Source of the DNA: Rhodospirillales bacterium
GTDB taxonomy: Bacteria; Pseudomonadota; Alphaproteobacteria; Rhodospirillales; Defluviicoccaceae
Direction: 5' to 3'
Assembly: GCA_039808105.1 (NCBI GenBank)
Contig: JBDHSN010000001.1
Span: 1-59,461 of the forward strand
Length of the DNA: 59,461 nucleotides
Each line of letters opens with the position of its first letter. Position 1 is the stretch's first letter. Below, piece by piece: positions 28,932-38,155 of the stretch. The notes beneath the pieces are model-generated. The model saw only the letters and a list, made by a program, of their open reading frames with translations, was not told where the DNA came from and ran no database searches. The translations under genes were made by a program, and so were the position numbers.

Positions 28932-29801
28932 CTAGGCGCCAGCCATCTCCCTGAGCAGCGCCGCTGCGGCCAGCTTGCCAAGCGCGTTTGACGCGAACGG
29001 GCTGTCACCGGTAATGACCTTGCGATCCACCCGGGTGGCGCCGGTCACGTCGTCATTGACGATGATCATGCCGAGGGCCTTGAGCTTCTCACCGAAATAC
29101 CAGGTCAGATGACCCGGCATGTAGCCGATGTCCGGCGTCTTGCGATCGGCATCGTCAGGGAAGGCGCAGATCGCATAGCCCGCGAGCGGATGGCCTGCCG
29201 CTTCTCGGTCAAACGAGGGCGCGATGAACGCGGCGGGGCCGTGGCACAGCGAGATCAGATGCCTGTCGTTCGCCATTGCCCAACGGATCGCCGCGGCGAC
29301 GTCCGCGCTCTCGGGCAGCCCGATCAGCGCGCCGTGCCCGCCGGGAATGAACAGCGCTGCATACGCTGAATCCGCTCGGAGCCCGGCAACGATATCTGCC
29401 AGCTTGTGCGGGTTTCGAAAGCCGTCGAGATAGTGCCGGTGCAAGCCGGTGATCGCCTCGTCCTCGGTCGGCATCGCCCACAACTCGAACTTGACCGAAT
29501 TGCCCGACAAGGTGGCAATGTCGAACGTAAAGCCAGCTTTGTGCATATGATACATGGGCACCAGAGTCTCGACCGGGTGATTGCCGGTTGAGAACAGTGT
29601 GCCGTTGTCGGTGAGCAGGTAGCGCTCATCGGCCGCTATCATCAGGACTTTGCGATCACCGGTATAGGGGTTCGGATAGTCTGTGCCGTCGAGATCGGTC
29701 CTTCGGCTGGTAAACTTGGACAGCGCGTAGGGTGACGGGAAAAACGCGTTGAACTCGGCTGCATCCGGGGCCGGCTGTCTGCTCAACTCCTCTTCGGTCA
29801 C
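28932..29801 (-). CDS. hchA: Glyoxalase III / deglycase Hsp31
   Basis: AFFPSPY, FSTGNHPVE, FIPGGHGA, SLCHGP and GYMPG; GTG start behind GGAGAG. Confidence 0.9.
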   Translation of the reverse strand: MTEEELSRQPAPDAAEFNAFFPSPYALSKFTSRRTDLDGTDYPNPYTGDRKVLMIAADERYLLTDNGTLFSTGNHPVETLVPMYHMHKAGFTFDIATLSGNSVKFELWAMPTEDEAITGLHRHYLDGFRNPHKLADIVAGLRADSAYAALFIPGGHGALIGLPESADVAAAIRWAMANDRHLISLCHGPAAFIAPSFDREAAGHPLAGYAICAFPDDADRKTPDIGYMPGHLTWYFGEKLKALGMIIVNDDVTGATRVDRKVITGDSPFASNALGKLAAAALLREMAGA

Positions 29802-29974
29802 TGTTCTCTCCAACGACGTGCGCCAAGGGCCGTGTTTGGTCCTGGATCCGCATCAAGAGGACATGTGCAACCCGTGTCCGGATGTCTACCCGAGCGCGGA
29901 CCCGCGTCACCCATCGCAAGAGCCGTGCTCGACACGCGATCCCGCCTGAACTGCGCGGCGCGGAAGCCGGCAGA

Positions 29975-31351
29975 TCACCGGTTGCCGGCCGGCTCAACAG
30001 CCGCCCGCTTCTCGCGCATGGTGACGAACTCCTCGGCGGCAGTGGGGTGGATGCCGATGGTGGCGTCGAACTGCGCCTTGGTGGCGCCGCACTGCAGCGC
30101 CACCGCGAGGCCCTGGATGATCTCCGGGGCATCCGCCCCGACCATGTGGCAGCCGAGGACGCGGCCGCTGTCGGCGCACACCACCAGCTTCATCAGCGTG
30201 CTCTCGTCGCGTCCGGAAATGGTATGGCGCATCGGCCGGAAGCGGCTGAGGTAGACGTCGATCGGCCCGCGCAGCATCGCCTGCGTCTCGGTCAGGCCGA
30301 CGACGCTGACCGGCGGCTGGCTGAACACCGCCGACGGGATGTTCTCGTAGGACACCCGCCGGGGATTGCTGTTGAAGTTGGTCTCGGCGAAGGCGTGGCC
30401 CTCGGCGATGGCGACCGGGGTCAGGTTTACCCGGTCGGTACAATCGCCGACGGCGAAGATGCTGGGCACCGAGCTGCGGTTCCAGTCGTCGACGACGACG
30501 GCGCCATTGAGCGCCAGCTCGACGCCGGCCTCTTTGAGACCGATGCCGTGCGTATTGGGGGCACGGCCGGTCGCATACATCACCACATCGGCAGGCAGCG
30601 CCTCCTCGCCGTCGTCGAGCGTCACGACGATGCCTTCGTTGGTCCGGGAAAGTGCGCTCACCTTCGTTTGCCGCCGCAGCGTGATGCCGCGCTTTTCGAT
30701 CTGCGTGCCGAGGAAGGCGCGAACGTCCTCGTCGAAGCCGCGCAGCAGCTCGGTGCCGCGGATGATCTGGGTCACCCGGGCGCCGGCAGCGCGAAAGATG
30801 CCGGCGAACTCGACGGCGATGTAGCCGCCGCCGACGATGACGACACGCTCCGGCAGATCCGGCAACTCCAGCGCCTCGTTAGAGGTAATCGCGCATTCGA
30901 TGCCGGGGATGTTGGGCAGCGTCGGCCAGCCGCCGCAGGCGATCAGGATCTTCTCGGCGGTGAACCGCTGCCCGCCGACACCAACGGTATGGGCATCCTC
31001 CAGGACTCCCTTGCCGTCGATCAGCTCGACGTTGTTGCGGCGCAGGATGCCGCCGTAGACGCCCTCAAGGCGGTCGAGCTCGCGGTTCTTCGCCTCGATC
31101 AACGCCCCCCAGTCGAGTTCCGCCCCCATTACCGTCCAGCCGTAGCCGCGCGCGTCCTCGAACTCCTCGGCATAATGGGCGCCATAGATCAGCAGCTTCT
31201 TCGGCACGCAGCCGCGCATCACGCAGGTGCCGCCGACCCGGCTCTTCTCGACGACGGCGACGCGCTTGCCCCAGCCCCCCGCCAGACGTGAGGCGCGGAC
31301 GCCGCCGGAGCCGGCGCCGATGGTGATCAGATCGTAGTCGTATTCGCGCAT
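29975..31351 (-). CDS. gor: Glutathione reductase
   Basis: GAGSGG, GGTCVMRGCVPKK, GGGYIA..RG (NADPH) and HPTAAEE. Confidence 0.95.
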   Translation of the reverse strand: MREYDYDLITIGAGSGGVRASRLAGGWGKRVAVVEKSRVGGTCVMRGCVPKKLLIYGAHYAEEFEDARGYGWTVMGAELDWGALIEAKNRELDRLEGVYGGILRRNNVELIDGKGVLEDAHTVGVGGQRFTAEKILIACGGWPTLPNIPGIECAITSNEALELPDLPERVVIVGGGYIAVEFAGIFRAAGARVTQIIRGTELLRGFDEDVRAFLGTQIEKRGITLRRQTKVSALSRTNEGIVVTLDDGEEALPADVVMYATGRAPNTHGIGLKEAGVELALNGAVVVDDWNRSSVPSIFAVGDCTDRVNLTPVAIAEGHAFAETNFNSNPRRVSYENIPSAVFSQPPVSVVGLTETQAMLRGPIDVYLSRFRPMRHTISGRDESTLMKLVVCADSGRVLGCHMVGADAPEIIQGLAVALQCGATKAQFDATIGIHPTAAEEFVTMREKRAAVEPAGNR

Positions 31352-31617
31352 CGGTTTGCTCGACCTGTGCAGAAGCCGGCCGCTGGCCGCTTGCCGGAGT
31401 GCATCGCTCCGGCAAGTCCGGCGCACCCCCTGGGCGGACGACGGCGGATCGAGCTTATACGCCCCCGCCCGGATCACAAGCCCGATACGGAAAGGCGCAG
31501 GGCATCCGCACCACCGAGTACAATTGAAGCCGTCCCTGCGGCCGGGTAGGGTTCGCTCTCCCCGCATCCCGAGTTGCGGGAAACGACAGATCAGGGGCAA
31601 GCAGGGGAGCGGCGCGG

Positions 31618-33426
31618 GTGAGCTACGAGATGCTGATCGTCTTCGCCGTCCTCGGCGGCGCTGCGATCCTGTTTGCGACCAATGCCATCCGCTCGGACAT
31701 CGTCGCCATGCTGGTGGTGGTGGCCCTGCTGCTGACCAACATCCTTTCCGTTCCAGAGGCGCTCGCCGGATTGGCGGACCCGGTGGTGGTGCTGCTCGCG
31801 GCGCTGTTCGTCGTCGGCGATGCCCTGGTCAACACCGGCCTCACCCAGCGGGTCAGCCATACGCTGCTGCGGGTCGGCGGCGACAACGAGACGCGGCTGA
31901 TCCTGCTGCTGATGGGCGCCGTCGCCGGCATCGGCGCCTTCATGAGCTCGACGGCGGCGGTCGCCGTGTTCATCCCGGTGGCCCTGACCATCTCGGCGCG
32001 GGCCGGCATCAATCCGCGGCGCCTGATGATGCCGCTCTCCATTGCCGGGCTGATCAGCGGCATGATGACGCTGATCGCCACCGCTCCGAATCTGGTCGTC
32101 GCCAATGTGCTGCGCGAACGGGGCCTGCCGCCGCTGGAGTTCTTCTCGTTCACCCCGTTCGGCATCCTCGTGCTGATCGTCGCCGCAGCCTTCATCATCT
32201 TTGCCGGCCGCACGATCCTTGGTTCCGGCGCGGCGCCGAAAACTGCCGCGGCGCCGTCGCTCATGGAGCTGGCGCAAAACTACGGCCTGGGGCAGGCGAC
32301 CTACGTCCGCATCCAACCCAATTCGCCGTGGCACGATCACACCATGCTCCGTCTCGACTTCGAGCGCTCCGGTCTCATCGTTCCCATGGTCATCCCGGGA
32401 GGAGATTTCGCCTGGATCCGGCCGGCGACCCCGGACACCGTCGTCGTCGCCGGCGACATCCTGCCGGTGATCGGCGACGAGAAGGCGATTGCCGATATCA
32501 TCCGCACCGCCGATCTGGAACCCGTCGCCATCGATGACGAGCAGCGTCGCGCCGCCCTGCAGCACGTGGGCGCCGCCGAGATCATGCTGACACCGCAGTC
32601 GCAGCTGATCGGCGAGACCGTTCGCGAAATTGGTACGGCGCTTCCCGAAGATGTCACCGTGATCGCGCTGCGCCGGCGGGGCAAGCCGATGCTGGCGACG
32701 ACGCCTGACCTCCATCTCGATTTCGGCGACGCCCTGCTTGTCGCCGGCCGGTGGAGCGACATCATGCTCCTGCGCCAGGATGCCGCCAACGTGGTCGTGC
32801 TGACCGTGCCGCAGGAATACAAAGACGTGGCGCCGGCGGCGCAGTGGGCGCCGCGCGCCCTCGCCATCCTGGTGCTGATGGTGGCCGCCATGGCCTCCGG
32901 TATCGTCGCCAACGTGACCGCCGCCCTGGTCGCGGCGCTGGCGCTGCTGGCGACCCGCTGTGTGCCGCTCGATCGAATCTACACGGTGATCCACTGGCCG
33001 ACGATCCTGCTGGTCGCCGGCATCCTGCCCCTGGCGACGGCCTTGCAGAACACCGGCGCCACCCACCTGATCTCCACAATCCTGGTCGATCTCGTCGGCG
33101 GGCTGGGCCCTTACGCCATGCTGGCGGTGGTGTTCCTGGTAACGGCAACGATCGGCCTGTTCATCTCCAACACCGCCACCGCGGTGCTGATCGCGCCCAT
33201 CGCCGTCGATACGGCGCTGACCATCGGCGTGCCGCCCTACGCCTTCGCCATGACCGTCGCCATCGCCTGCTCGGCAGCGTACGTCACGCCGGTCTCGTCA
33301 CCGGTAAACACGCTGGTGGTGGAGCCGGGCGGCTACAGCTTCATGGATTTCGTCAAGGTGGGCGTTCCGCTGCTGCTGCTGACGATGGTGGCCACCGTCG
33401 GCCTCGCGGGCCTGCTCTACCTTTGA
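31618..33426 (+). CDS. SLC13/CitMHS-like permease with TrkA-C domains
   Basis: Two hydrophobic blocks with FMSST and FISNTAT, a central soluble region and TPVSSPVN...PGGY. Confidence 0.85.
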   Translation: MSYEMLIVFAVLGGAAILFATNAIRSDIVAMLVVVALLLTNILSVPEALAGLADPVVVLLAALFVVGDALVNTGLTQRVSHTLLRVGGDNETRLILLLMGAVAGIGAFMSSTAAVAVFIPVALTISARAGINPRRLMMPLSIAGLISGMMTLIATAPNLVVANVLRERGLPPLEFFSFTPFGILVLIVAAAFIIFAGRTILGSGAAPKTAAAPSLMELAQNYGLGQATYVRIQPNSPWHDHTMLRLDFERSGLIVPMVIPGGDFAWIRPATPDTVVVAGDILPVIGDEKAIADIIRTADLEPVAIDDEQRRAALQHVGAAEIMLTPQSQLIGETVREIGTALPEDVTVIALRRRGKPMLATTPDLHLDFGDALLVAGRWSDIMLLRQDAANVVVLTVPQEYKDVAPAAQWAPRALAILVLMVAAMASGIVANVTAALVAALALLATRCVPLDRIYTVIHWPTILLVAGILPLATALQNTGATHLISTILVDLVGGLGPYAMLAVVFLVTATIGLFISNTATAVLIAPIAVDTALTIGVPPYAFAMTVAIACSAAYVTPVSSPVNTLVVEPGGYSFMDFVKVGVPLLLLTMVATVGLAGLLYL

Positions 33427-33529
33427 GCGGTGCCGGCGGCGTTTCGATGCTGCCGCACCCACCCCACATGCAGAGGCAAGCAAGGAACAGCGCCGGTTCG
33501 CCGGAGAGCGCCGCGCGAGGGGATAAATC

Positions 33530-34630
33530 ATGACGCATCTGTTCGAGCCGCTGAGCCTGCGCTCGGTGACGCTGCCCAACCGCATCGCCGTCTCGCCGAT
33601 GTGCCAGTACTCCTGCAGCGATGGCCTGCTCAACGACTGGCACCTCGTCCATCTTGGCAGCCGCGCCGTCGGCGGCGCCGGCCTCGTCATCGTCGAGGCG
33701 ACGGCGGTGCTTCCCGAGGGACGGATCAGCCCGCAGGATTCCGGCCTGTGGAGTGATGCCCACATCGAGCCGCTGGCGCGCGTCGTCCGCTTCATCCACG
33801 AGCACGGTGCCTTGGCCGGCGTCCAGCTGGCGCACGCCGGCCGGAAAGCCAGCACCTTGCGTCCCTGGGACGGCGAGGGCATCGCCGGCGAGGCGGACGG
33901 CGGCTGGCGCGACGTGCTCGCGCCCAGCCCGCTGCCCTTCGCCGACAACTACCCGCCGCCCCGGGAGATGACGGCGGACGATATCGCCATGCTGACGGCA
34001 GCATTCGGTGCCGCAGCCCGGCGGGCGCTCGCCGCCGGCTTCGATGTCGTCGAGATCCACGCGGCGCACGGCTACCTGCTGCACCAGTTCCTCTCGCCGC
34101 TGAGCAACCGCCGCCGCGATGGCTATGGCGGCGAGCTGGGAAACCGGCTGCGACTGACGCGTGAGGTCGTGGAGAAAGTCCGCAGCGTCTGGCCGGAGCG
34201 CCTGCCGCTGTTCATGCGCCTCTCGGCGACCGACTGGACGGAAGGCGGCTGGGACGTCGGGCAGTCGATCGAGCTGGTGCGGATGGTGGCGCCGCTCGGC
34301 GTCGATCTCATCGACTGTTCGACCGGCGGCAACATCGCCACCGCCCGCATTCCGGTCGGCCCCGGCTACCAGACCACTTTTGCCGAGCAGATCCGCCGCG
34401 CCACCGGCGTTGCCACCGGCACCGTCGGCATGATCATCGATCCGGCGCAGGCGGATCACGCCATTCGCAGCGGCCAGGCCGACCTCGTCCTGCTCGCGCG
34501 CGAGCTGCTGCGCGATCCCTACTGGCCGCTGCGCGCCGCCCGCGAACTGGGGGTGACGACCGCATGGCCGCCGCAGTACCTGCGCGCCGGGCCCCGCGGC
34601 AGCGTCGCCCGCAAGCCGGTGGTCCCGTAG
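33530..34630 (+). CDS. NADH:flavin oxidoreductase (Old Yellow Enzyme, NamA/XenA-like)
   Basis: SPMCQYS, QLAHAGRKA, HAAHGYLLHQFLSP and RELLRDPYW. Confidence 0.92.
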   Translation: MTHLFEPLSLRSVTLPNRIAVSPMCQYSCSDGLLNDWHLVHLGSRAVGGAGLVIVEATAVLPEGRISPQDSGLWSDAHIEPLARVVRFIHEHGALAGVQLAHAGRKASTLRPWDGEGIAGEADGGWRDVLAPSPLPFADNYPPPREMTADDIAMLTAAFGAAARRALAAGFDVVEIHAAHGYLLHQFLSPLSNRRRDGYGGELGNRLRLTREVVEKVRSVWPERLPLFMRLSATDWTEGGWDVGQSIELVRMVAPLGVDLIDCSTGGNIATARIPVGPGYQTTFAEQIRRATGVATGTVGMIIDPAQADHAIRSGQADLVLLARELLRDPYWPLRAARELGVTTAWPPQYLRAGPRGSVARKPVVP

Positions 34631-34633
34631 GCG

Positions 34634-35683
34634 TCAGGCGATGTGACGCAGGTTGGCGAGGAACTGCGCGGCGCTGTGCTGCCAGGAGAATGCGAGAGCG
34701 TACTGGCGGCAAACCTCTGGCGGGATGGCGAGGGCGCGGTGGACCGCAGCGCCGAGATCGTCGTCGAGCGCCCCGGCGCCGGAGCCGTCGATGACGTCGA
34801 GCGGACCCGGCACCGGATAGGCCGCGACCGGCACACCGCAGGCCAGCGCCTCCAGGAGAACGAGGCCATAGGTGTCGGTCCGGCTCGGGAAGACGAAGAC
34901 GTCGGCGGCGGCATAGTGATGGGCGAGGTCCTCGCCCAACCGGGCGCCGGTGAAGACCGCCTGCGGGTATCGCCGGCGCAGCTCCGGCAGCAGCGGCCCA
35001 TCGCCAACCAGCACCTTGGTGCCCGGCATTTCCAGGCGCAGGAAGTCCTCGATGCTTTTCTCGACGGCGATCCGCCCGACATAAAGGCTGATCGGTCGCG
35101 CGTAAGGGTAGAAATTCTTCTCCCGCGGGCGAAACAGCGCGGTATCGACACCGCGCGACCAGCGGCGCAGGTGCTGGAAGCCGCGCTCCTGCAGCAGCCG
35201 CTCCAGCGACGGTGTCGAGACCATGACGGCGTCCGAGGGACCGTGGAACCAGCGGAAGAAGCGGTATGTCCAGTCCCGTGGCATCCGCCAGCGGACGGCG
35301 ACGTACTCGGGAAAATGGGTGTGATAGGAGGTGGTGAAGGGTACCCCGTTGCGCCGGCAGCACCAACGGGCAGCGAGACCGAGCGGCCCTTCCGTCGCAA
35401 TATGAATGGCGTGGGGATGGAACATCCCGATCATCCGCGCCACCGCCGCCGGCGACGCCAGCGCCAGCCGGATTTCGGGGTAGCTCGGGCAGGGAATGCT
35501 GCGAAAGCGGTTGGGCGTCACCAGGACGACGCTGTGCCCTTCCGCCACCAGCTGGCGACGCAGCGCTTGCAGCGTCGTTACGACACCATTGACTTGCGGA
35601 GACCAGGCGTCGCTGACGATGAGGATGCGGAGACGCTCGACGGAACGGTCGACATCGCACTGACGTGTGGCATTTCCGCCCAC
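34634..35683 (-). CDS. GT4 glycosyltransferase, Agt-like glycolipid synthase
   Basis: SDAWSPQVNGVV, HIATEGPLG, YHTHFPEY and FPSRTDTYGLVLLEA. GTG start uncertain. Confidence 0.85.
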   Translation of the reverse strand: MGGNATRQCDVDRSVERLRILIVSDAWSPQVNGVVTTLQALRRQLVAEGHSVVLVTPNRFRSIPCPSYPEIRLALASPAAVARMIGMFHPHAIHIATEGPLGLAARWCCRRNGVPFTTSYHTHFPEYVAVRWRMPRDWTYRFFRWFHGPSDAVMVSTPSLERLLQERGFQHLRRWSRGVDTALFRPREKNFYPYARPISLYVGRIAVEKSIEDFLRLEMPGTKVLVGDGPLLPELRRRYPQAVFTGARLGEDLAHHYAAADVFVFPSRTDTYGLVLLEALACGVPVAAYPVPGPLDVIDGSGAGALDDDLGAAVHRALAIPPEVCRQYALAFSWQHSAAQFLANLRHIA

Positions 35684-36423
35684 CGCAAAATCTCCAGCTT
35701 GCCGTCCATGTGTTCGACGAGAGCGGTGCAGCTCTCCACCCAGTCACCGTCGTTGCAGTAGAGGATGCCGTCGAGGTCGCGGATCTCGGCCGTGTGCACA
35801 TGGCCGCAGATGACGCCATCGGCGCCGCGCCGGCGTGCTTCCGCCGCCACCGCCTGCTCGTAGCGGCTGATGTACTCCACCGCGTTCTTGACCTTGTGCT
35901 TGAGGTAGGCGGACAGCGACCAGTAGGGGAAGCCCAGCCGGCGGCGCACCCGGTTGAACCACAGGTTGAGGGTCAGCGCGGCGTTGTATGCATGGTCGCC
36001 GACGAACGCCAGCCACTTGGCGTATTTGACCACGCCGTCGAACTTATCGCCATGCAGCACGAGATAGCGCTTGCCGTCGGCGGCGGGATGCATCGCTTCC
36101 GGCAGGACGGCGACCCGGCCGAAACGGTGACCGGCGAGGTCGCGGAAGCTTTCGTCATGGTTGCCTGGGACATAGATCACCCGCGTGCCCTTGCGCGCCT
36201 TGCGCAGGACCTTCTGGATGACGTCGTTATGGGTCTGGCGCCAATACCAGGCCCGGCGCAGCCGCCAGACGTCGATGATGTCGCCAACTAAATAAAGGTA
36301 GTCGGACTCCGTCCTGCGCAAGAAATCGAGAAGCAGATCGGCATTACAGCCGCGCGTTCCCAGGTGGATATCGGATATCCAGATGGCGCGGTAGCGAAGG
36401 CCAGTATCATTCAGCGCGTTCAT
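35578..36423 (-). CDS. Metallophosphoesterase, PlcP-like phospholipase C (often annotated LpxH-like)
   Basis: SDIHLG, GDIID, GNHD, LHGD, GHVH and NDGDWVESCTAL; directly upstream of the Agt-like gene. Confidence 0.85.
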   Translation of the reverse strand: MNALNDTGLRYRAIWISDIHLGTRGCNADLLLDFLRRTESDYLYLVGDIIDVWRLRRAWYWRQTHNDVIQKVLRKARKGTRVIYVPGNHDESFRDLAGHRFGRVAVLPEAMHPAADGKRYLVLHGDKFDGVVKYAKWLAFVGDHAYNAALTLNLWFNRVRRRLGFPYWSLSAYLKHKVKNAVEYISRYEQAVAAEARRRGADGVICGHVHTAEIRDLDGILYCNDGDWVESCTALVEHMDGKLEILRWAEMPHVSAMSTVPSSVSASSSSATPGLRKSMVS

Positions 36424-36569
36424 CGCAGGCCGTAACCAGACAGCGGCAGAATCAGTCGCGCCGGATTATAGGAGCAGGCCCTCCCGGTTCATGATCTTTT
36501 GTCGCGTGTCATCGAACTTAGCGGCGATGACTTGTAGCGTTCATCATCAGCGCTTTTCGCCGCCGGCGA

Positions 36570-37943
36570 TCAGCGGCCGGCGACGGTCATTCCGTCGATG
36601 CGGATCGTCGGCGAATCCATGCCATAGCGGAAGACGAGGTCGGAAGCCGGGGTGAGCTGCTGAAACATGGCGAGAAGATTGCCGGAGACGGTGATCTCGC
36701 TGACCGGATAGGCAATCTCACCGCGTTCGATCCAGAAGCCGCTGGCGCCGCGGCTGTAGTCGCCGGTCACGCCGTTGACCCCGAACCCCATCAGATCGGT
36801 GACCAGCAGGCCGTCGTCGATACCGGCGATCAGCTCGTCGGCGGTGAGGCTGCCGGCTTCCAGGTAGACGTTGCTCGGCGCCGGCGACGGCGGCGAGGAG
36901 GTTCCGCGCGAGGCATGGCCGGTGGAGCGCAGGCCAAGCTGACGGGCGGAGCGCAGGTCGAGCAGCCAGGTGGTCAGCACGCCATCGTCGATCAGCGCGC
37001 GGCGGGCGGACGGAATCCCCTCGCCGTCGCAGGGGCGCGAGCGCAACGCCCGCCGGCGCAGCGGATCGTCGATGATGCGGATGCCGGGGGCGAACAGCCG
37101 CGTGCCCAGCCGGTCACCGAGGAAGGTGGTGCCGCGGGCAACGGCACCGCCGTTGATTGCCGCGGTCAGGTGGCCGAGCAGGCTGCGCGCCATCCGCGGC
37201 TCGTAGACGATGGGGACCTGCGCCGATCGCGCCTTGCGGGGATGAAGCCGGCGCACCGCCCGCTCGCCGCAGCGGCGGCCGAGCGTCGCCGCGTCCTCCA
37301 GGTCTTCCTGCCAGACGGCGCTCGCATACTCGTACTCCCGCTCCATCGCCGTGCCCGCGCCGGCGAGCACGGAGACGGAGACGCCGTGCCACGAGCGGGC
37401 ATAGCTGCGGCGCAAGCCGTTGGTTGCGGCGATGGCGGTACGGTCGGTGCCGGCCGATGCTTCCGCACCTTCCGAGTTGGTGACGTCAGGCACGGCGAGG
37501 GCGGCGGCCTCGGCCGTCGCCGCGCGCACCGCCACCACGTGCGGGTCCGGCTCTCCCGGCTCGCAGGCCTCGACGTCGACCTCCTCGCGCAGGATGTCCG
37601 CCGGATCGGCGAGGCCGCAGTAAGGGTCCTCGGGGACGACACGGGCCATGGCGACGGCGCGATCCAGCATCTCGTCGAGGGCAGCCGGCGATACATCCGA
37701 CGACGATACGATCGCCTGGCGGCGGCCGACGAAGACGCGCAGGCCGACGACCTGAGCCTCGGACCGCTCCAGCTGCTCCTGACTACCGAGCCGCCAGGCC
37801 ACCGACAACGCCCGCCGGTCCGCGAATACCGCATCTGCAGCATCCGCGCCGCGCGCCCTGGCGCGCGCCAGCAGCCCGTCGAGGACGTCCAGGGGTTCCC
37901 GTTCGGGGGCGAGTGCGCCTGCCATTCCTTGCTTTTTGTTCAT
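36570..37943 (-). CDS. pmbA: PmbA/TldE metalloprotease subunit
   Basis: NSEGA, DGEG, STGHA, GVNGVTGDYSRG and GMTVAG; no HExxxH. Start may be 37925. Confidence 0.88.
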   Translation of the reverse strand: MNKKQGMAGALAPEREPLDVLDGLLARARARGADAADAVFADRRALSVAWRLGSQEQLERSEAQVVGLRVFVGRRQAIVSSSDVSPAALDEMLDRAVAMARVVPEDPYCGLADPADILREEVDVEACEPGEPDPHVVAVRAATAEAAALAVPDVTNSEGAEASAGTDRTAIAATNGLRRSYARSWHGVSVSVLAGAGTAMEREYEYASAVWQEDLEDAATLGRRCGERAVRRLHPRKARSAQVPIVYEPRMARSLLGHLTAAINGGAVARGTTFLGDRLGTRLFAPGIRIIDDPLRRRALRSRPCDGEGIPSARRALIDDGVLTTWLLDLRSARQLGLRSTGHASRGTSSPPSPAPSNVYLEAGSLTADELIAGIDDGLLVTDLMGFGVNGVTGDYSRGASGFWIERGEIAYPVSEITVSGNLLAMFQQLTPASDLVFRYGMDSPTIRIDGMTVAGR

Positions 37944-38155
37944 GACCGTGTGTGCTATTCCTCTTCGCCGCTCCGCGCGTTGGCGCGGCGGAGCCGGGCG
38001 GCCCGGACGCTGATTGATTGGCGTGCTGCGACGCAATGCCAATATGGTGTCATTGAACAGTTAACGTGGCCACCGATCTGAAACAACCCCGGCTTCCCTG
38101 AGATGTCCTGCCATCCGCAGCGTTCGCGTCCTCAGGGCGTGGTAACGAAATCCCG

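Noticed and set aside
36424-36569. Pho box upstream of the plcP-like gene
   Set aside because: TGTCAT/TTCAT-like half-sites exist, but I could not find a clean 11-bp-spaced direct repeat.
38010-38070. FNR/FixK or RegA site upstream of the OFOR operon
   Set aside because: Only partial matches (TTGAACAGTTAA; GCGACGCAATGCC); too degenerate to call.
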